From a virus, in the IMG/VR virus record IMGVR_UViG_3300000103_000003, positions 75,643 to 106,694 of that record: a stretch of DNA of 31,052 nucleotides, one strand, 5' to 3'. The position numbers and the translations under genes are program-made. Shown piece by piece: positions 25,703-31,052 of the stretch; the first letter of the stretch is position 1; each line of letters opens with the position of its first letter. The notes under the pieces were generated by a model. It was not told the DNA's origin, made no database searches, and saw only the letters and a list, made by a program, of their open reading frames with translations.

Positions 25703-26137
25703 CCTAATTTTGTCCATAATATATAACATATAACTATTATCCTCAATAAACTGGAAGAGCCTGTTTCTCTTTCGAGTTTGTATCCCATTCCAGTGTGTTG
25801 GGGTCATCTTATAAGCATTACCTATTGTACACCCTTTTTCTTCGTAATCTTGTAATGCCGTAATAAATAAATTTGTCTGAAGTAATTTGTTTAATGAAGC
25901 GTTGAATATTATTTTTACAGTGCTAAATGCTGGTTCATCCAGTTTAGCCTCTTTGGTTAGCTTCATAATCAAACTATATTCTATTGGGGCTTCATACTTT
26001 AAATGAAACCCCAATTTAGTTTCCTCAAACTTCCTCTTCTTGAACGTTCCTTTGGGTCTTCCGCGTTTTTTTGACTTTTCCGTTGCTCTGTGGGTTATCC
26101 TCACTCCGTTCAGTTTCTGCGGTTTCGACTTCGACAT
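25682..26137 (-). CDS. Basic protein with AT-hook motif, putative DNA-binding
   Basis: KKRGRPKG motif; Lys/Arg-rich; ends in the terminator loop. Confidence 0.65.
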   Translation of the reverse strand: MSKSKPQKLNGVRITHRATEKSKKRGRPKGTFKKRKFEETKLGFHLKYEAPIEYSLIMKLTKEAKLDEPAFSTVKIIFNASLNKLLQTNLFITALQDYEEKGCTIGNAYKMTPTHWNGIQTRKRNRLFQFIEDNSYMLYIMDKIRKERQSE

Positions 26138-26318
26138 CTTTAATAGGATTTTCTTCTACAATAGGAGCCGAAGCCACCTCTTTAGGAACTACTTCTTTAA
26201 CTTCTTCCAGTTTCTTTTGCGCTTGTGCCTGATTAAAGGCTGCGCGTCTTGCTTTTTCTTTTTCAAAGTACGCCATATCTCCGGCGTAACTTCCCATCAT
26301 AATTGCTGTATTTGCCAT
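26025..26318 (-). CDS. Hypothetical charged, probably disordered protein (start revised to MANTAI)
   Basis: ATG 2 nt after the tail-fibre stop; overlaps the next gene by 113 nt. Confidence 0.55.
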   Translation of the reverse strand: MANTAIMMGSYAGDMAYFEKEKARRAAFNQAQAQKKLEEVKEVVPKEVASAPIVEENPIKDVEVETAETERSEDNPQSNGKVKKTRKTQRNVQEEEV

Positions 26319-26320
26319 AA

Positions 26321-28300
26321 TTATACCATATAAGTTATATTTAAACCTGTCCAAACGTCAGAACCATAAGCGTTTCTAACCATAAAGTCTCTCTCTCCCC
26401 ATTTACAATACCAATTCAAACCTCTCTGGTAATTTGTGCTACCCATACCAATATAATGGACACCGCCAATATAATTAGAAGGTGGTGATATGGATGTTGG
26501 AAGTCTAAACCAAATGCTTCCAGTAGATTGTCCACAAGTAATAACGCCTTGAATTGTGACTAAATTACCAACTTGTTTGGCTCTAACCTGAAAATCACCA
26601 GTGGTATTGTCGGGATTAGTACAAGCAACCCACCCACCAGCATTAATAGCTGGCATAAACCGAGAGTTTGCTTCGGTTCTACTCCATGTTTCGTCTCTAC
26701 TATATGTCTCTCCTTTAGCATAAACATCTAAATTAGTTCTGGAGGTAGATTTACTTGCAAGGTCACTAAGGTTTGCAGTCTTTTGCATATACCTTGTATC
26801 CATTCCAGTACGATTATAAGTCTCGTCTTTAGAATAAACATTAAGATTAGTTCGAGCAGTAGTCGTATTTGTCAAATCTGACAGATTCGATGCTCGTACC
26901 ATATAATTCTGCAATGTACTGAATAATGTCGCTCCATTTATAAAGCGCATACCGGTTTGATTAGCTGCTACTGTACCTTCAGCAATACTATCTAATTTAT
27001 TTTTCAGTACTGTGGTAAAATTCTGTTCCGAAAGACCAGCTCCAAGCGTTAAATTACTTACCGTTGTTTGTAGTGTGTTAAAAGCACCAAGAGGAGCGTA
27101 TCTCGCTGATAAGGCTGTTCCCTGTTCTGAAATCACACCAGTTGCTGAAAATGCACTGCTTACTGTTACACCGCCCCCACGGAAATTACGAATAAATAAT
27201 TCCAATGAACTCGGAACATATCCCATTAAACCACACTGAAAATTATTCCTATCAGAAAATGATACATTTGCTACATAAGAACCTTCAGATGTTAAAAAAC
27301 TGGAATTTCGCAAAGTTACTGAATTAGCTGTTGGAGTAGAAACAAGAATCGAACCTTCCATGAATAATTGCTTGTCCGCACCCGTAAATCTCGCAAACCT
27401 TGTTCCTTTACCATCAAATATCTCAACATTCCTGAATCTCCCAACACCACCATTAAAACCAATCCGGTTAAATTGTACTGCTGCAAATTCATTATCACCA
27501 GTATTCCGGTATACATCTCCTCCAGAAATAACTATATCAGAGCTACCCTGTGAACCACCGGTAAATGCTGTACCAACTACGCCTGTACTTGTAACGCGCA
27601 TAATTTCAATACCACCTATCACAAAGGCTATATCACCATTACGGTCGAACTGGATTGAATGTACTTCAGTGCCATTTAAAAGCTGCGCCATTGTCAGCCT
27701 ATCTGGTGTTAATGGACGAATTTGAAACTGACGTTGCAAAGCACCTGTTCCTGTGGTAAGCCCTAATCTTTCACCATTTACAGCCCCATCAACAAACAAA
27801 CTACCTCCAATAGCTATATCTCGCGCAATCGTTTGTCTATTTGTTGGAGGATTCAATAATACACACATCGAACCCAGCCATGAATTTTCAATTCTCGGAG
27901 CCGATAAGTTATTTTGTATTTGAATAAACTGTGTCACTGGTAATGCTGGAGTAGTTGTTTGTCCAGCAACATCAAATATATGACGCGCTTCTCCGGTAGG
28001 CATCTCTGCATACCGTACCGATTCAACTGAATCATTTGGCACTAAAAAATATCCATTGGCTCCCCAAGTAACACCAGATGCACCAGTAAAATGTCTAATA
28101 TGACCGTTAAGCCAAACAAATCCTGAAGAAATCTCACGTGTAGGAGAACCCGGACTTGTTTCTACTATTTCTAATCCAGAAATAATAAAATTTGGTCTAC
28201 CCACAAATAATGCGGTATAACTTAATGCCAAATCCTGTAAGTTGATAATGTCGTCGTTATAGACAAAACGACCACCAACTTTTGCTACATATTGTTTCAT
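26321..28300 (-). CDS. Tail fibre / baseplate-attached structural protein
   Basis: Follows baseplate genes; ISSGFVWLNG N-terminal domain; Gly/Thr-rich beta region; NLSDL...RTNL.VY.K.ETY repeats; RAKQVGNLVTIQG...FRLP..I.P C-terminal domain. Confidence 0.75.
   Translation of the reverse strand: MKQYVAKVGGRFVYNDDIINLQDLALSYTALFVGRPNFIISGLEIVETSPGSPTREISSGFVWLNGHIRHFTGASGVTWGANGYFLVPNDSVESVRYAEMPTGEARHIFDVAGQTTTPALPVTQFIQIQNNLSAPRIENSWLGSMCVLLNPPTNRQTIARDIAIGGSLFVDGAVNGERLGLTTGTGALQRQFQIRPLTPDRLTMAQLLNGTEVHSIQFDRNGDIAFVIGGIEIMRVTSTGVVGTAFTGGSQGSSDIVISGGDVYRNTGDNEFAAVQFNRIGFNGGVGRFRNVEIFDGKGTRFARFTGADKQLFMEGSILVSTPTANSVTLRNSSFLTSEGSYVANVSFSDRNNFQCGLMGYVPSSLELFIRNFRGGGVTVSSAFSATGVISEQGTALSARYAPLGAFNTLQTTVSNLTLGAGLSEQNFTTVLKNKLDSIAEGTVAANQTGMRFINGATLFSTLQNYMVRASNLSDLTNTTTARTNLNVYSKDETYNRTGMDTRYMQKTANLSDLASKSTSRTNLDVYAKGETYSRDETWSRTEANSRFMPAINAGGWVACTNPDNTTGDFQVRAKQVGNLVTIQGVITCGQSTGSIWFRLPTSISPPSNYIGGVHYIGMGSTNYQRGLNWYCKWGERDFMVRNAYGSDVWTGLNITYMV
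26652..26902 (-). repeat. 38-aa (114-nt) period repeat in the tail fibre
   Basis: MVRASNLSDLTNTTTARTNLNVYSKDETY versus MQKTANLSDLASKSTSRTNLDVYAKGETY. Confidence 0.8.
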
Positions 28301-28882
28301 TTATGTTAGATAAGTTAATTTATAATCTTTTCCAGCTGTTCTGTATTTCTCAATAACAAATGCAATCATAGCGGTAAATTCATTAGTTTTAATTTTTGTT
28401 GAATCCAATAATGGAATCTTAACCTCAAAACTCACAGTGTATTTAAGAAATGATTCATTTTGATGATGTAATGGTTGTGATTGTAATTCCGGGTCTGGAT
28501 TTTCAGTCTCCCCATCATTATAAACGACAAATGGTTTTGGGTCAGATTCCTGTTTATCAGGATTACGCCCTTGTTCATTATCATAATATATTGGAACACC
28601 TAAACTTTCATAATGCTGGAGTGTAATTCTATCACCGGGATTTGCAAAATATTCGCCAAACAAATAATTCAAATACCACTCAAACCACATTACCTGACTT
28701 GTCATCCGCGCCTCTAATGCTTTATCCCTAAAAAATTTCTGTGTTGATTCATTCAACATCTCTAAAGGAAACACTAAAGACTGAAGCCATAATACATGTC
28801 TTCTTCCACGTATAAAATTATATGTCAACATGTTTATTATTCTATCAGCGAATAACCTATATCGTGTATTGAAATCTATCAT
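28301..28882 (-). CDS. Putative baseplate wedge protein (P2 gpI-like position)
   Basis: Between the J-like gene and the fibre; SQVMWFEWYLN and IEKYRTAGKDY motifs. Confidence 0.55.
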   Translation of the reverse strand: MIDFNTRYRLFADRIINMLTYNFIRGRRHVLWLQSLVFPLEMLNESTQKFFRDKALEARMTSQVMWFEWYLNYLFGEYFANPGDRITLQHYESLGVPIYYDNEQGRNPDKQESDPKPFVVYNDGETENPDPELQSQPLHHQNESFLKYTVSFEVKIPLLDSTKIKTNEFTAMIAFVIEKYRTAGKDYKLTYLT

Positions 28883-29793
28883 TGCTCCAGTGATAAAGTT
28901 ATTGAATCATCAAAATTGGCTATTTCATCACCTTCAGCATCTAAATCTCCATTCGATTCGCGTAAAAAGCCAGAAGCTAAAACAGCTATACGATTTACAG
29001 GCATAATTCCATCTGGGTGTTGTGCGTTTTTAATGACATTTCCACCTTCATCGAAACTTACTACATGTATCCCTTGTGGCAATGTTAAACTTGGGTCTTC
29101 CCAAATATCTGTAACATGGTCTACTTCCAATATAGCATTATATAACTGTGTGATATAAAGTGTAGAATCAAACGACATATTCAAAATAAAATTATGAATT
29201 GCTTCATTAATATTATTTCGCATTGTGCGGTCATCTAAAGCACCATCATGGAAAATCGTCAATCTCGGAACTAAAATGTCGCCTTTTCGGGAAACAACTT
29301 GTAAATTAGTGCCAGCAAATCTAACTTTTTCCATAAAAGCTGATACCTGAACTACTTGTTCTGGTGTGATAGGCTGTAAATTAGCAGCCTCTCCAGTCGC
29401 AACCTTTAATATCAATAATTTATCTAAAGCATTTGGTGCTAATTCAGCCTCCTGATATGCCGCACGTGTTATAATGCGCTTCTTTATATCTATTTGTTCA
29501 TATCCAAATGTCATTCCATCTGGAGATATAACCAAAGCGTCACCCTCTTGATATTCCTTAATTCGATTCACATACCAACCCGGAGTACCATTTACACGAT
29601 TACGGATTGATTCATCTATATCTACCTTAAATATATCAAGTATCACTTCAAAGCCATGTATCACCACAGCGATGATATAAGCCCACGCATTAAATACAGA
29701 TACCTTAGAATCCGAATTTAATTCTTTCAGTTCTAATCGCTTGTCCTTTTCGGCAATGATTAGCTTTTTAATATCATTGATTTCTCTTGCCAT
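28879..29793 (-). CDS. Putative baseplate J-like wedge protein
   Basis: GTPGWY, LKVA, KVRFAGT, FDSTLYITQLYNAILEVDHVTD resemble J-like motifs; synteny. Confidence 0.6.
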   Translation of the reverse strand: MAREINDIKKLIIAEKDKRLELKELNSDSKVSVFNAWAYIIAVVIHGFEVILDIFKVDIDESIRNRVNGTPGWYVNRIKEYQEGDALVISPDGMTFGYEQIDIKKRIITRAAYQEAELAPNALDKLLILKVATGEAANLQPITPEQVVQVSAFMEKVRFAGTNLQVVSRKGDILVPRLTIFHDGALDDRTMRNNINEAIHNFILNMSFDSTLYITQLYNAILEVDHVTDIWEDPSLTLPQGIHVVSFDEGGNVIKNAQHPDGIMPVNRIAVLASGFLRESNGDLDAEGDEIANFDDSITLSLEQ

Positions 29794-29813
29794 AATCTAT
29801 TATATTTGTTCTA

Positions 29814-29825
29814 TTTAAGAATAGT
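29814..29825 (-). promoter_or_regulatory. Candidate phage late-promoter element ACTATTCTTAAA
   Basis: Between a terminator and the baseplate ATG (20 nt upstream); identical to 2916-2927. Confidence 0.5.
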
Positions 29826-29837
29826 CATTTACATAGT

Positions 29838-29877
29838 AAAAAGTGCGAATGACACCCTTTAAAATATCATTCGCACC
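29838..29877 (-). terminator. Intrinsic terminator
   Basis: GGTGCGAATGATATT...GGTGTCATTCGCAC followed by T5, just after the stop at 29883. Confidence 0.8.
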
Positions 29878-29882
29878 TATAT

Positions 29883-30245
29883 TTATAATGAACTAAATAA
29901 AACCTTTTGCTCTGGAGATAACACCGAATACAATTTTGAAATCATATCACGCATATCATAAATATCTCTCAAATTTAAAGGCTTAATCTCCTTCTCTGGC
30001 TCTAACTCTTCTGGGATACTTAATTCTGCTGGAGTAAACACTTCTTCCAAAGGCTCTTGCTCAACCACATCATCAATCTCTTCATAATGCTCTGGCTTTT
30101 CATCTATTGGTGTTTCTAATTTTTCTCCATGTAAATAAAAAGTTTTTCCCAGTACTAATTCGTAACCGAATAATTCACCATCAGAAATACGCCGGAGGAT
30201 TTTACCCTCCGACGCTTTTAAAATTATAGGTTTCTTCTTGCTCAT
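29883..30245 (-). CDS. Hypothetical protein coupled to the LRR gene
   Basis: 120 aa; ATGA overlap; ILKASEGKIL...HYEEID. Confidence 0.7.
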   Translation of the reverse strand: MSKKKPIILKASEGKILRRISDGELFGYELVLGKTFYLHGEKLETPIDEKPEHYEEIDDVVEQEPLEEVFTPAELSIPEELEPEKEIKPLNLRDIYDMRDMISKLYSVLSPEQKVLFSSL

Positions 30246-31051
30246 GGTTTCTCGCTTATTGGTTTAATTTGACCTGCATATCCAGACCATCCAGAAGCAG
30301 CCTTATAAGCAGCTAATGAAGCATCAGGAACATAAATAATAAAATTGCTTGTAATACCCATAAATGCCCCTGAAAACGCAGGAGGAGTTGGCTTATCCAT
30401 AACAATCCATTCCAACACACTATTTTCTACTCCAGTTCTTAACGTTTCTGTCATATTAAACCTTGAATTATCAGAAAAAAGTAATTCAACTGTTTTTAAA
30501 TTAGGACAATCATACAACAAAGCACTAAAGGTATTAGTTATATTATAACTATTATTAACACCAGAAAAATCTATTACCGCATGTTCTAATGCTGTACATC
30601 CCCTAAGAAACTGTTGCATACTTTGTAAATATACAGTCTGATTTGCCAATGACACAAAATTAATGCTGATTAAAGACACGCATCCCTGAAATACAAAACT
30701 TAAATTTCTTAAACTGTTTCCACTATAAGTAAACCAATCATCTGCAACAGTCACTAAATCAACACAATTATTAAAACAATATTGCATTTGATACATATTG
30801 TTTTTATTTGCAAAAAGACCACTTGGTACAGCTACTATCGGGGTTGCTCTAAATGTATAAACAGCCTCTGTTATTGGACAATTTTCAAATAAAGTACCCG
30901 ATATTGATGTGATTATTGTGTATTCAAAAAGATAACTAATATAGGCTAACGCCGTACAGTCAGTAAACAATCCAGCTGGGAGTGTCGTTAGACCTGTACA
31001 ACTACTAAAACCAGAAGTTAAAGTAGTCAACGCCGTACAGTCAGTAAACAA
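30242..31051 (-). CDS. BspA/TpLRR-like leucine-rich repeat protein, 5' end outside the window
   Basis: Repeated F.xC.xL.x(L/V)PxxLF units; C-terminal TPP...IYVPDASLAAYKAASGWS cap. Confidence 0.85.
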   Translation of the reverse strand: MFTDCTALTTLTSGFSSCTGLTTLPAGLFTDCTALAYISYLFEYTIITSISGTLFENCPITEAVYTFRATPIVAVPSGLFANKNNMYQMQYCFNNCVDLVTVADDWFTYSGNSLRNLSFVFQGCVSLISINFVSLANQTVYLQSMQQFLRGCTALEHAVIDFSGVNNSYNITNTFSALLYDCPNLKTVELLFSDNSRFNMTETLRTGVENSVLEWIVMDKPTPPAFSGAFMGITSNFIIYVPDASLAAYKAASGWSGYAGQIKPISEKP

Positions 31052-31052
31052 T
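30948..31052. repeat. Exact direct repeat of at least 24 bp, 81-bp spacing
   Basis: AACGCCGTACAGTCAGTAAACAAT at 30948-30971 and 31029-31052 (second copy cut by the window edge); encodes LFTDCTAL. Confidence 0.9.

Noticed and set aside
26652-26902. Tail-fibre repeats as a novel element
   Set aside because: NLSDL...ARTNL.VYSK repeats are a common tail-fibre shaft motif and are diverged at DNA level.
1757-30548. All plus-strand ORFs and the nested minus-strand ORFs (3379, 17838, 20069, 27316) in the track
   Set aside because: They are shadows of well-supported minus-strand genes, mostly Ser/Phe-rich with no motifs.
1-31052. Stop-codon reassignment as seen in some Bacteroidota phages
   Set aside because: Genes are full length and tightly abutting under the standard code; the dnaE break is not a single in-frame stop.
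1-31052. CRISPR array, tRNA, integrase, transposase or DGR reverse transcriptase
   Set aside because: None seen; the intergenic gaps are short and explained by promoters and terminators.

Overview
A 31 kb fragment of a large tailed dsDNA phage (or prophage), probably myovirus-like, infecting a Bacteroidota host. The host call rests on four TAnnTTTG-type promoters, AT-rich leaders without obvious Shine-Dalgarno sites and a Bacteroides-type GH24 lysozyme. All credible genes are on the minus strand and tightly packed. In transcription order (right to left): BspA-like LRR protein (partial); baseplate and tail fibre genes; AT-hook protein; class II ribonucleotide reductase; metallophosphoesterase; NinB-like protein; putative SSB; Mre11/Rad50 pair; RuvC-like resolvase; phage sigma factor; DnaB helicase; primase; a DNA polymerase III alpha (DnaE) split into two genes; HNH nuclease; guanylate kinase; DnaQ-like exonuclease; putative small terminase; and lysis genes. 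The most striking feature is the DnaE split. It falls inside the FERF..PER/xxxPDIDxD active-site motif, and both halves carry split-intein-like (Hint) extensions in which the splicing residues appear to be lost. This suggests a non-splicing intein relic used as a docking module for a two-chain polymerase. A 12-bp motif before two late genes is a candidate promoter for the phage sigma factor. All family calls come from motif recognition by eye; no database searches were run.
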